DNA of 64,000 nucleotides, from positions 124,001 through 188,000 of the forward strand of contig LSRY02000061.1 of assembly GCA_001643675.2 (NCBI GenBank). Direction: 5' to 3'. The notes below the pieces were generated by a model. It was not told the DNA's origin. It ran no database searches and saw only the letters and a list, made by a program, of their open reading frames with translations. Each line of letters opens with the position of its first letter. Positions within the stretch are counted from its first letter, which is position 1. Positions 36,994 to 50,081 of the stretch are shown here, piece after piece. The translations under genes were made by a program, and so were the position numbers. The stretch is from Monocercomonoides exilis PA203. Lineage: Eukaryota > Protista > Preaxostyla.

Positions 36994-39900
36994 ATGGAAA
37001 TCAACAAATCGCGCTCTACACTTTGTTTTTATTTAAATGACGAATACGTGCAGTTGGAAGATTTTAGGCCGGATAAAACTCTTCTTGATTTTATACGAGA
37101 ACACGGCGTAAAAGGACCAAAAGGCGCATGCAGAGAAGGAGGCTGTGGCGCATGTACTGTTCTGTTAACTTATTGCGAATTGGGAACAGAAAATATCATT
37201 CACAAATCTGTAACTTCTTGCTTGCTGCCTTTGCCAAAAGTTGATGGAATGGTTGTTACAACGGTTGAAGCACTTGGTTCTGTTTCGACAAAATTGAGTG
37301 AAATTCAACAAGCGATTGTTGATCGTGGTGCAACTCAATGCGGATATTGTACTCCTGGATTTGTTGTTACAATGACTGATTTAATATTTAATCCTGAGAA
37401 AGAAGCCGAGAGGAAGGAAAGATCATGCAATAAAGATGAGCTACGACACGAAAGACTGAAAGATATTGAGGAAGGAATTGACGGAAATCTGTGCAGATGC
37501 ACTGGTTATAGATCAATATTGAATGCTGCCTCAACAGTTATGGATCATTTGGATGAGAAAGATGTAATTGATGTTCTTGGTCAAGATTCTCCTCTTCATC
37601 GAGCAAGAGAATACTCTAAAATCCTTGCTGCAAGAAACTCTTTAAGTTTACACTTTGTTACACCAAATCCACCATCACTTCCACCTGTTGCGCCTCATTG
37701 CGACAAAGTTTCTGGAGCATCATCTTCATCTCAATTACCATCTACCGTTTGGCCATTTCCAAGTGTAGAATGGTTCCGCCCTGCAACACTCAAAGAATTA
37801 CTTGAAATTCGAGCAGCAAACAATGATGCACGCTTGGCTAATGGTTGTACAGAAATTGGCTTTCAAATGGTTAATGGAATAGGTGGAAATAAATTTGTTG
37901 ATCCATCTCACATTGAAGAACTGTTTACATTACGCCTGGACAAATGGGGATCTGGCGCAAGCGATGGATGGAAGGAAGGCGAAGCTGAAAAAGCGAAAGG
38001 AGAGAATGCATCAGAAGAAGCTTTCCCTGTAATTGACGAACATCCCATAACTTCTCCAAAGAAAGTGAATCTTTCTGAGGCACATTCTTTGGTGATTGGA
38101 GGAAACATTACCATTGAGAAGCTGATTGACTATATACGTTCTCTCATCAGAGAAGCGATTCCGCCGGTGACACTTGAAGAGATGAAAGGATTCTCTGCTT
38201 CGAAAGACGATCCTGATGGATTTATTCCAACTGTCACGCACGTTCCTTCTCTCGACCTCACTCACAACACTTCACTTCCCTTCAAGCCTTCACCATATGC
38301 ATACAAACTGAGAATGCTGCATCAACTTCTTCTGCTATGCATGCGCTTTGCTTCACACCATATTCGAGCACTTGCCACAGCAGTTGGAAATATTTCCCTT
38401 TGCTCTCCAATTTCCGATCTTGTTTCTCCATTAATGGCCATGGTATGACAATAACTTAGGTTAAATTTAAAAATTTTAGTTAATTATTTGTTTATGAATA
38501 AACTCTAATAATGCGTGTATGGATTTATTATATATATTTTAGAATGCACAAGTCCATCTTCTCTCTCTTCGAGGCACACGTGTTGTCCCTCTGCGTGAGT
38601 TCATGATCAGCAGCCGTCGTACTCTCCTTGCACCAGACGAGATCATGACACACGTGTCAATCCCTCTCACTGAAGAGCTTGAAGTGTTCTATTGCACAAA
38701 GATCACCAAAAGAAAGGAAGATGATATTTCTCTTGCGAATGCGGCGCTTCGGATGCGTCTGAGAGAGCCGACAGAAAAAGAGATAGCTGAGAACAAAGGC
38801 AAGGCATATCTGCATGTCGTGTCTGCTTCAATGTTCTTTGGTGGAATGAGCTGGAAGGTCGTCGAAGCGAAAGAGACAGAGAAGTTCTTGATGGGCCTTA
38901 AACCTTCTGCGATGGCGTTGGAAGGCAAAAACGTGCCCCAAGTTGAACAATGCTCAGCTTCATCATCGTCTCCTTCTGCCAGTTCATCTTCATCATCCAA
39001 TCAATCATCATCATCATCATCATCATCAACTTCCATGCTGTTTTCACCAAAAGATGGAAGGTCGCTGACAAGAGACATTATGTCGCTTTGCCTTGCAGAC
39101 TTGCCTGTTGATCTGCCACTTGCTGCAAATGCACCCGGAGGCTCCATTCATTACCGTCGGACGGTGTGCCTTTCACTCATGATTTCATACTTCCTGTCAA
39201 TCACCCGGCTGATCTGCAAAGTGACTAACCACACATGGGATGAGTGGAAGAGAGGAGACGCATTGGCAAGAGAGTATCTGAAGCAGATAAACATGTCTTT
39301 GCCTGAACTGCACGACGAAAAATGTGATGCAGAAATATTGCCGGCAAACTCTTGTCACAACAAAAAAATGAAGCGGATCTTTGATCTGCTGGACAGAGAG
39401 CGTGAGAAGCAGATTCAGCTTGCATTCAGTCTTCCAGTGTCTGATGCTGTGAGGAAGTCATACGTTGCGAGTGAGTTCTGCATCACTGAGCATCGTACTA
39501 ACTTGTATCAGAGCACAGTTTATGGCAAAGAAGGAGGAGACGGCGGAGTAACAGAAGGCGAGCAGAGCTTCAGTGTGACATCCGAGGAAGAAGCTACGGC
39601 TGTTGGAAAGATTGTTCCACATCTGCAGAGCAAAGTGCAGACGACCGGAGAGACGATGTACACGATGGACTCTTCGAACCCAATGGAATCTGCTGTTGGG
39701 CGGGCTGTGCAGATGCCAAGAGCGACAGAAGGAGCAAGAAAGGGAAGAGAAGGCACGCTGTACGGTGCTCTTGTGCTGTCAAAGGAGTCACATGCATTCA
39801 TCAAGAATGTCGACACTTCAGCTGCACTGGCGCTGCGAGGTGTGGTTGGATATGTATCAGCAAGTGACATTGTCGGTGTGAATGCCATTGGTGCTGTTAT

Positions 39901-42428
39901 TCGCGACGAGGAGTGCTTTGCCACAAAGGAAGTGACATGCAAAGGGCAGGTGATTGGTGTGATTGTGGCTGAGACACTGGAGGTTGCACAAAAGGGAGCT
40001 GCAGCTGTTGTTGTGGAATATGACGATGGCAGTGCAGATGGACATGAGAAGCTGAAAGTTATCAGCACAATTGAAGAGGCCATTGAAGCGAAATCGTTCT
40101 TCAGTGACAAGCCGCTCGTGTATCAAAAAGGAGATTATGAGAAAGGTTTATCAGAAAGCGAGATTGTCATCTCTGGAACAATCCGCTTTGCCGGCCAGGC
40201 TCACGTTGCATTGGAAGCTCAGAACACAATTGCAACATACGAAGAGGACGGGCTGCTGACCATCGCTGCTGCCACGCAGAATCCAGCACTGACACAGCGA
40301 CTGGTGTCTGCGGTGTGTGGCGTGCCAACATCGCAGATAAAAGTTGTTACGAAGCGGATGGGCGGTGCTTTCGGAGGGAAAGAGTCGAGGTCGTGCTTCG
40401 TGTCGTGTGCTGCTGCTGTCTGCGCACAGAAATACAAGACATCAGTGCACATTCAACTGTCTCGCCCAGAAGATTTGACTGTTGCTGGTATGCGCCATCC
40501 ATTCCTTGCCAAGTACAGAGCAGGGCTGAAGAAAGAGGCAAGCAATGAAGCATCTTCATCTTCTTCAGCATCATCTGGAAGTAATTCCGAGTGGCGTGTG
40601 CATGCTTTGTGGGTCTCTCTGTACAGCAACGGAGGCAACTCACTCGACTTAAGCAACTCAGTTCTGAACAGAGCAGTTGCTCATGTGGACAACTGCTACT
40701 GCATCCCCCACTGTTATGCTGAGGGACGTGTCTGCAAGACAAACAGGCCATCGAATACAGCATTCAGAGGATTTGGTGCTCCACAGGGAGTGATTGTGAC
40801 CGAGCTGATTATGGATGAGCTGAGCAAAGTGATTGGAGAAGATCCAGTTGTGTTCAGAGAGCACAACTTCTATCGCGAAGGGGAAAAGACACACTTTGGA
40901 GAGGAGATAAAAGAGGAAGATGGAACAGGAGTGGGATCGCTGCACAGGGTTATGACAGAACTGAAGGAATCTTCCTCGTTCTATCAGCGACAGAAGGAGA
41001 TTGAGGACTTCAACTCGACTTCACGTTTCGTGAAGAGAGGTATTGCGCTGACACCGCTGAAGTTTGGGCTTTCGTTTGAGTCACGTTTCATGAACCAGGC
41101 CGGAGCGTTGGTGCATGTTGGGCAAGATGGCAGTGTAATTGTGTCACATGGAGGATTGGAGATGGGGCAAGGTATTCATACGAAGATGGCACAGATTGCA
41201 GCAGAAGCATTGAGCAGAGGAGGAAGCACCACGAAAGAGGACGAGCAGCTGTATCGTGTGGATGTGGATCTGGGGAAAGTCCGTGTTCGGGATACTTCAA
41301 CAGACACAGTTGCGAACACATCACCAACTGCTGCTTCATCAGGCTCAGATCTCAATGGAATGGCAGTGTTCAATGCATGCACACAGATCAAAGAAAGGCT
41401 GATTCCATACGAGAGGCAGATATACGAGCAGAAGAAGAAAGAGATGGAGGCAGCAGGAATTTCACAGAGCGGCCCGATCCACATTCCTTTGGGTGACATT
41501 GCTCGTGCAGCATTTATGTCACGTGTGGATCTGTCTGCCCACGGCTTCTATTCAACCCCTGGGCTGGTTGATGGCCATCCATTTGCTTACTTCATCTGGG
41601 GTGCTTCAGTCACTGAGGTTGAGCTTGACTGTCTGACTGGTGCAACAAAAGTGGTGAGGGCTGATGTTACATACGATGTTGGACGTTCTCTAAACCCACT
41701 GGTTGATATTGGCCAGCTGGAAGGTGCATTTGTTCAGGTTTGAAACAATTTTATTCACTATTTTTTTTTAAAAAATAATTTATTTGCAAATGATGAAAAA
41801 TATGATTATTTATGCATTTCTTTTAAATGCAACGTAATTATTATAACAATGTTTATTAATATCATATCACATATTTAATAGGGATTGGGCTATCTTATGA
41901 CTGAAGAACCAATATTTGATTCGAAGGGACAGATGGTTAATAACAACATCGGAGCGTATAAAGTTCCTGCTATTTCTGGTGTTCCTCTTGATTTCCATGC
42001 TTCGTTGCTGAAAAACCAAAAGAACAAGTTTAATTCTATTTATGGCTCAAAGGTTTGCACATGAATGATTGAATTTATTCAAATTGGAATAAAATCATTT
42101 TCTGTTTTTTTCAATAAATAATTCATTTTCATAGGGAATTGGAGAGCCTCCTCTCATTTTGGCAATGAGTGCTCCAATTGCAGCAAAGAATGCATCCGAA
42201 GCAGCATATCTTCATCAGCCATATCCAATCTTAACACCATTGGAGAACCTACCACACGCAAAGTCCACAAAACTTCCTTCGCTTGTGAGTGAGAAAGAAG
42301 GCAAAGTGGAATATTCATTTGATTACAATCTGCCAACCACCAACGAGAGACTTCGTATGTCGCTGACTGACACAATCACAGAAGCCACAAAGCAGGAAGG
42401 AGTTCCACGTGCACAATTACCTTCTTAA
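36994..42428 (+). CDS. XDH: Xanthine dehydrogenase/oxidase family molybdo-flavoenzyme (2x[2Fe-2S], FAD, Moco; 3 introns)
   Basis: GACREGGCGACTV, QCGYCTPGFV, GNLCRCTGYR, SPISDL, KRMGGAFGGKES, SNTAFRGFGAPQG, EMGQGIHTK, SPTAASSGSDLNG, DIGQLEGAFVQG, SKGIGEPP; introns 38443-38542, 41738-41881, 42053-42134. Confidence 0.95.
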
Positions 42429-42856
42429 ACTGTTAATACAAAGAATTGGATGAAGGAGGAACAATCACATGTGTAAATGTTCTAATGCGTTGTATTCTTC
42501 GCATCTTTCTTATAACTTCACCTGTTGACAGCAGAATATTTGTTTTGTTTGTAAACGCCATGATTTTTCATTCTTTCGTGTATTTTTTTGTCTTTCTTTA
42601 ACGGAGCGCAAATTATTGAAATGTTTTTGATTTTCCAATTTATTTTTATAAATTGTTATGTAGTTTCATTTATTTACTGAAAAGTTCATTCCACAAGTTA
42701 ATATTCATGATGCTCATAATTCAATGAAAGCGTAATATTTATTTTACTAAAAGTTGATAAAAAACAGCACGAAATACAACCTCGAAGTAAACATACAGAA
42801 TCTTTGGTACACAAAGAACAATAAAAAAAGGTAATTAAATGTATGCCACTGATAAT

Positions 42857-43805
42857 CTAAGAGCTCTTTTGTTCTTTCTCATTCTCTTCATATTCGGCTA
42901 AGTCTCTGCAGGCAGCTAAAAGTTGAAGAACATGAATGAGCACTTTCATCAACATTAGCACAAAACATATTGAAAACGCAGAAGTCAAGACAACACATAA
43001 AATGTGAGAAAATGGAAGAAGTGAAGTTGTCAAATTCAAGTCATGTCCAAAAAATTGAGAGGAGACAGTAATAGAACGTGTAAAAAGTGACTTTATTCCA
43101 TGCACTCCTTGCTCAAATTGCAAATATTTACGAACAATTCCACCAACAGGCTCGAGCAGAAAGTCAACAAAGTAAAGAATATACAACAAGAGAAGGAAAA
43201 CTTCATGGCTAACGCAAATCATTCCCATAAACATGCGATTACTATAATACAAATTTAACATTTTTGGGGAATGCTTTGAAGTAACCTTTTTATGCGATAG
43301 TTGATGTGTGTATAACGTACTTAAACAAATTATCAATTTGAAAATAAAGTTAAAACAAAAAATGTTTAAACATACTAATAGACCCTAACAAAATGTGACG
43401 TCAAGTCTAAGAATGCAGCAATAGAGCAAGCAGCAGAAAGCTGAGGATACATAGAGGCAAGAACACTTTTCAAACAATTTTAAATAATTCAGAAAAAAAT
43501 TAAAATGACATACCACCACATTGTAACTATACTTCCTCTATCAACAAACATGTCTAGCAACGCACCGAATTGCGAACCTTTTTATATGTGATTATCAAAC
43601 AAACATAACAAAAATTTAAGAAAATCAAACATTGATTATAACGTCGAGCAAAAAATCCATCAGCCCAATCCAATATGAATGCAGTTAAATAACAAGTCAC
43701 AAATATGATAGGTCTGTGGAAGGCAAGGCAGGATATAAACGACAAGATAATTCTTATATATCCAATGATGTTAGGAATGTACCAAACAATGTGCACTTTC
43801 CCCAT
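42857..43805 (-). CDS. PIS1: CDP-diacylglycerol--inositol 3-phosphatidyltransferase (phosphatidylinositol synthase; multi-exon)
   Basis: YIPNIIGYIRI, LDWADGFFARRYNQC-SQFGALLDMFVDR (CDP-alcohol phosphatidyltransferase motif), DLTSH, SHKK...LNLYY, AACRDLAEYE. Confidence 0.92.
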
Positions 43806-43968
43806 TTGCTATATTGAAAAACATTTTTATTTCTATATTATAAAAACTTCAAACAAAATAACAAACATGCTTTATACTTTTTATTTTACAAAAATTTTAA
43901 TTGATACAGAAATAGATAATTAAAGGGAAGTGAAACCACAATAATTGTCTTAAGTTGAGAATTTGGAG

Positions 43969-44801
43969 ATGCGTCCATTAACAGATCAGGAAACAAAAGT
44001 GTTTTTTGAAAAGCTTGCAAAATAGTATGAAATAATTTATTTATCAAGATATATTGGTGAAAATGTTTTATAACTTTTTATTTACGTTTAGCATTGGGCA
44101 AAATATAAAATATCTTATAGATAGAGAAGATGAGAAGTACTGCTTCAGATTACACAATGATAGAGTTTATTATGTGAGGTTTGCATTTTTTATTTCTAAA
44201 GAGACAAATTTTATGTTATATGAATTGCTTCTTTTTGAAAAAACAGTCAGAGACTTTTAAAAGCAGCTGGACCAATAGGTCGGAAGCAGTTGATGAGCAT
44301 TGGTGTATGCTTTGGAAAATTCTCGAAGACAGGAAAGTTTAGGCTCCAGATCACAGCACTTGATTATATTGCACGCTATTCTACTGTATGATTTTGCCTT
44401 TTTTGCACTTTATAATTATTTCTTCAAAATAAACAAATATGCAAATAAACAGAGACGCATATGGATAAAACCTACAGTAGAGCAATCATTTTTATATGGT
44501 AATCACGTTTTGAAATCTGGACTTGCAAAAATTACTGATGATACGGATAGTCTTTCTGGAGTTGTGATTTACAACATGTCAGAACTTCCACTTGGTTTAT
44601 TATAGCTATTTTCTATAAACAATTTGCATCATTAATCAAATTTACGTCTTTCTAATTTTGATATTTTCACAAATAAATTTAGGTTTTGGACTTAGTGCAA
44701 AGTCAACAGAAGAATGCCGTTCTGGAACTTCAGGAGATATCGTTGCCTTTAACCAAGCAGATGTTGGCGCATATCTTAGAGATGAAGATACATTGCTTTG
44801 A
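43969..44801 (+). CDS. NIP7: 60S ribosome subunit biogenesis protein NIP7 (4 introns)
   Basis: [89 protein letters not shown]. Confidence 0.95.
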
Positions 44802-45066
44802 GCAATCGAACTCAAATTTTTCATTGATCTCTTTCTCCTTTTTTTTTGATAAATAAAACCATTTCATTTGGAAAATATTCATTTCAAGAAACAGAAAATA
44901 CGTAATAAAAATTTTGAATAAATTAATTGATTAGTTTAATTCAATTATTCTTGTACATCAGAAATAATAGAATTTCAAAAGTCTTATCGAACAATCAAAT
45001 ACAAAACCTAACTTTTTATTTCCAATCAAAAATTCAACAATAACAAAAAATGCAATGAAAATAAAA

Positions 45067-47337
45067 TTATAAAATAGTTGCATGTGCTTCGGATCGAGTT
45101 ATTTGAGTTTTATCAAATAACAGGCTTTTCTCTGTTTTTATTCTTACCAATGTCATTGCTCTTAATAAAAATGTCATTTGGAATTGATCCTTAAAAATCT
45201 CTTTTAAAAAATCTTTCAGTGAAGTTTGAATAGAAATTCTTTTCAGCTCCGATCCCCTTCGCATTGCAAAAGAAATACTTCTTCTCTTTTGAGAATGAAC
45301 CAACACTACTGGCATGATTTCATAAGCATCCGCACAAAAAGGTAATAAAAGCGGAGGATGATGCTTCACTGCTTCAAACAATGCAAGCAAATCTCCAAAT
45401 ATTTCTTCGATGGAACCTCCTCTTTTCTTCAGCTTGTACAATCGCTTAAACGGTATGATGCGATCTGTGAAACGACGAAGCCACTCGGCAGGATCAAGAA
45501 CAATTGTCTGCTTTTCAATCGGTATAACTTTATCTTTCAGATCATTTAGGAGAACGAATGAAGAGTTCTCATTCTCTGTTTCTTGATAAAAATCAGTGAA
45601 AAAGTTTGATTGAATGGTGAATGAATAAATTTCACGGACAGAAGCGTCTTTACTCTGAAAAGAAGTTTGATGAGAAGTTACTCTGTTTGGAGATGAGTTA
45701 ATTTTATTATAATCTGCAAATCGTGTATCTGAAGGCTTTAATAAACTTGAGTTGTCGCATGCAAGATAAGAGGTTCTCGATGAACTTTGGGGGGGCGATG
45801 GAGGGGTAATAAATAACGAATCTGTATGAGTTGGATGGGTTAGCTCAATAACTTGTTCGTGAAAGAAATGATTTGTCTGATCTAAATCATCTAGAGGAAT
45901 GGTTGTGACAGGACTTGATGATTTCTCTGTCATGTCAATAGTTTCATCAGAAGGCGTAAATACAGGACGTTCTTTTGATCGACCGATCTGATACAAATAT
46001 CGATCTTTCACTGACATCTCTTTCAGAATGTTTTTCTGTTGCATTTTAATTTCCTTTGCGATAATCATTTTCACAATTTGATCATTTTCATTTGAATGAG
46101 TCATATCTTGTTCCATGTTTGCCAGAGCACTCTTCAACTCTTCAATCGTAGGTTCATTTTGTATATTTGCCTTCAATCCCTGTTGTGTTCTTTCTTTTCT
46201 CTCTTTCATTCTTTTCTCCGACAAATCCCACATTTCCCTCTCCTTTTCATTCACAAACCAAGGCTTCCTCACCCACTCTCCAAACAGTCTTTTGAACTCT
46301 TTTGCTTCTCTGATTTGCTTCCGAATCAGATCGATTCTCCTCTGATCGAGATGACTATCATGCAATTCATTACTACTAAAAAGAGTTTTTTCTGAAACGA
46401 TTGGATTTGATTCCTCATCTATCTGCAGTTTATAATCTTCCTTTGTCCAACGATCCAGCATTTCTTCACGCTTCTTTATCTGAATTGCACTCACCTTCTT
46501 CCCATCTGCGGCAATCTCAATGTCTGGATGATATGAATGCTGAACTCGAATGTCTGACCCCCAGTTTGTGATGTTTGTTTCGAGAAGCTGATCAAGAGAA
46601 GATGAAACACTTTCACATGAGTTATCGGTCATTGGTGAAGTCAGACATTGGCATTCCTCCTGCTGAGAAACAATATCCAAATTATTATTTTCTTCTGGAA
46701 GATTCTCCTTTAACTTATTGGCTTTAAGAAATTGGCCAAGTGTATTTATGATTGAAGCTTCGGTCAGAGGAACATCAAGAGATTCGTCTGCTTTTTTGAT
46801 TTGCGAAGGTTCTAAAGATGGAATTGCATCATTATTTAGTTGGGAAATCTCTTTTTGTTGTCTACGAATTTTGACTGTTGAAAATGCGATCGCTTTATGT
46901 TGATTGATGCTTCTATCAAGAGAAGAATCACAAATTTCACATTTTGATTCATCTGATTTAATTTGTTCTTTCAAGGAAGGAAAAGACGAAATAGCTCCAT
47001 CAAGAAATAAAGTATTATTTACATTTATATTATCTTTGTGAATTTGTAAAAGCTCTGACTTGTCCTGGAAAAAATTTCTTGAATTTGTGATAGAAGATAA
47101 CTCTTGTGCTTGCTTGTGTTGAATTTGTAAACCAGGATTTTGATATGGAATAGACGAACAATAACTTGAGGGATCCTGAAACATTTTCTCGCTTGAATAT
47201 GACGTTTGTGATGGTGATATTTGTGAGTTCAGAAAATCATAAATAGTAGGCATAATAGAAGAGTAGTTTTTTGATTTCTCATTTAATCGAAGGTCATATT
47301 GCTGCTTGTTTGTAAATGATATCGATTGAATGGTCAT
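45067..47337 (-). CDS. Hypothetical protein, paralog A of tandem pair (FGEWVRK family)
   Basis: 756 aa ORF; shares several motif blocks with the adjacent gene; exact start uncertain. Confidence 0.75.
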   Translation of the reverse strand: MTIQSISFTNKQQYDLRLNEKSKNYSSIMPTIYDFLNSQISPSQTSYSSEKMFQDPSSYCSSIPYQNPGLQIQHKQAQELSSITNSRNFFQDKSELLQIHKDNINVNNTLFLDGAISSFPSLKEQIKSDESKCEICDSSLDRSINQHKAIAFSTVKIRRQQKEISQLNNDAIPSLEPSQIKKADESLDVPLTEASIINTLGQFLKANKLKENLPEENNNLDIVSQQEECQCLTSPMTDNSCESVSSSLDQLLETNITNWGSDIRVQHSYHPDIEIAADGKKVSAIQIKKREEMLDRWTKEDYKLQIDEESNPIVSEKTLFSSNELHDSHLDQRRIDLIRKQIREAKEFKRLFGEWVRKPWFVNEKEREMWDLSEKRMKERKERTQQGLKANIQNEPTIEELKSALANMEQDMTHSNENDQIVKMIIAKEIKMQQKNILKEMSVKDRYLYQIGRSKERPVFTPSDETIDMTEKSSSPVTTIPLDDLDQTNHFFHEQVIELTHPTHTDSLFITPPSPPQSSSRTSYLACDNSSLLKPSDTRFADYNKINSSPNRVTSHQTSFQSKDASVREIYSFTIQSNFFTDFYQETENENSSFVLLNDLKDKVIPIEKQTIVLDPAEWLRRFTDRIIPFKRLYKLKKRGGSIEEIFGDLLALFEAVKHHPPLLLPFCADAYEIMPVVLVHSQKRRSISFAMRRGSELKRISIQTSLKDFLKEIFKDQFQMTFLLRAMTLVRIKTEKSLLFDKTQITRSEAHATIL

Positions 47338-47561
47338 TGGAACTTTGAACGCCTATAATGCCCTTTTATTTAACAAATTGGTATTTTTCCTATAAAGAAA
47401 AATAAAAGTTTGTATTCAACTTGTTGCAATCGAATAAGAAACAAAAATTACTAACTAATTAAATTTGATTAAAAATATCTTCACTATCCTCAATTTTTAA
47501 AGCAAAAAAATAAAACTTAAAAAATTATGGAACCAATAGAAAAATCATATAAATCACTGTA

Positions 47562-49914
47562 TCAATTATTGACAAATGATGATATTGATATAATGATTGG
47601 CTGACAGCTTTGCGCAATTCTTCTCTTGTAATGAACTGTTTTTTGATGAATGGAGTAAGAAAATTGTTCATTTGGTGAATCTTTGTCGAAAGATGTTGTT
47701 TCTTCAATAAAGGGGAAATCATCAAATAAAGATAATAACATTGACGCCCTCTGCTTTAAGAATTCTTTTCTTTTTTGTTCCCGGTTGATTATTTCCAAAT
47801 TTTGATAAAATATCTGATATTGCAAAATTACTGGGGCGTGTATAATCTGCTTAATGTATTCAGTTGATTGTTCAAGATATTTATTAATATTTTCTCCGTT
47901 ACGTTTCATTTTGCTCTTAATTTTCGGATTTAAAAACGGGTCTTTGTATCTATTATGCCATTCCATCTGATCAAGAACAATGACTTGCTTTCTAAGTTCA
48001 ACCTCATTGCAGACTTGCTCCTTATTTAGCAAGATACTTTGAGGATATTCAGCTTCCATCAATTCAATTGAATAATTTTGAGTGATCATAACATTTGGAC
48101 AGGAATTATCAACTCCTTTGCGGAAATGAACCACGGATGATGGATATTGCAGGTATAAATGGTTCTGTTTTTCTGATGAAAAAGAGTATTTTTGTGATGT
48201 TTTTGAGTTATCAATTGAAAAGCTATCTTTTGAATCTGAATCATTTTTAGGTTGTGTGAAAGGAGAACTTGAATGAATAACAGCTTTCTTTGGATGAAGC
48301 TTCGCAGTTGCAATAAGTCTGTCCACAATTTGTTGCTGATACTGCTCATAAGGAGATTGTTGGCTGGTCAGTGAACTCACTCTGCATTGTTCAGGAGAAG
48401 TGAGTGATTGATTTGAGGTGCTCACATATTTTCCCAATTTGCGTTCTTTCTTTGCTTGGCTCATAATGAATCTTTCCAGATCTGTTAACTCAGCTCTGTT
48501 CCTTTCCTTTGCTGTCTCCCTTTCCACTTTCATTAATTGTTGTTTCAGTTCTTTCTTCTTCTCTTCATCTAATCCTGATGGTTCAGCATATTTCAGTGCG
48601 TTTCTAAGCTCTTCAATTGTTATCTGTTCAATATCATCATCTTTAACTTTATCAATTTTTCTGGCTTCTTCTTTTCGAATCTCTTTTTCCTCAGCTTCGT
48701 CCCACATCCCCGCTTCTTCGTTGTCTTTGATCCAATCCTTTCTTACCCACTCGCCAAACAGTTTTTCGTGCCTCTTTGCCTCTTTAATCTGTTGCTTGAT
48801 AGTTTCTCTTCTCAGCTTGCCCATCTTTGAACTAGTTGCACTGTGTTCATTAATATCTTTAAATAGCGCAGACGCTGAAGACAAATCCTGATGCTCCAGA
48901 AGAGCTTTGTCTTGCTCTGTCCAGCGGCTTATCATTGCCTCTTTCTGCACAATGGAGATAATTGACTGCATCTTTCCGTCTATTTCTACATCAACGTCAT
49001 TGCATTGTTGACGTTTTTCAGTCGGCTGAGGCTTCCATCGAATAATCCCATCCACAATCAGCGGGTCGATTGGAGATTGCGGAGATGGGGAAGATGGACG
49101 TGAAGATGGTGATTTCATAGAAGGAGAATTAGTGTGATCATTTCTTATAAATACGTCATCTGAAATTCTTTGGCTATTGCTTGACAGATCGAGATTAGGA
49201 TACATTGTTGTTGTTTTCTTTTCATAAGCAACTTCATTCTCTTTAAGATTTTGAATAAATTGCTTACCTATATCAGCATAAAACTGATATTTCGTGTAGA
49301 AAGGTGAATTATCCCGAACACCATGCAAGCGAGAAGGTGAAATAGTTCCATGTTTATTGAAAGTTGAAGAATTTTTAATCTTTTCATTTTTTGAACTTTT
49401 TTCTCCTTGACCATTAAGAGATATTAATTGACTCGTAACGCGTAGATGCATCAGTGAAATTGAGTCTTCAAGATTCCATGTTGAATTTTGCACTGTTTTT
49501 TGCGATTCAGGTGAATCAGATGTGAAAAAAGAACAATGCTGAGACAAAAATTGCCTACAATTCTGCAATTTTTTATTATCGTCATTGACAAAAGAATCTT
49601 CAACAGTATAAGGACGTGATCTTTGAATATGCTCTGTTGAAAAAGGTCTTGATGAAATAAGTGTTTTTGGAGTGTTTAGGATCTGATTCTCTGTATCATG
49701 TATACGAAAATAATCACAACTGTGATTTGTTTCATTTAACGATGACTGAAACCAAGTTTGATTATAACTTTGTTCGTTTTGAAAAGTTTTAATTTCCTTA
49801 TCCTTTTGCAAAAATATCAAACCAAGCAATATATCCGAACAAAATGCCATAATAAATAAAACATACGTTTGTTGAAGTTGCACAACTTTGCGAAAAGCAC
49901 GAAGAATAACTCAT
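47562..49914 (-). CDS. Hypothetical protein, paralog B of tandem pair (FGEWVRK family)
   Basis: Exon 1 MSYSSCFSQSCATSTN (49867-49914), intron 49803-49866, long exon DKEIKTF...; motif blocks shared with paralog A. Confidence 0.75.
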
Positions 49915-50081
49915 TTTCTCCGAGAAAAATTCATTAGTTTTCAATTTAAAAAAATAAAGGTTGTTCATATTTCAATTATTGTGAAAGTTTTATTTCTCAT
50001 CTTTTTTGTTGAAGTGATTTATATTTGGAATTTGTTTTGACAAGATATTCTATTACCACAATTTATTTTTGACAGATAATA

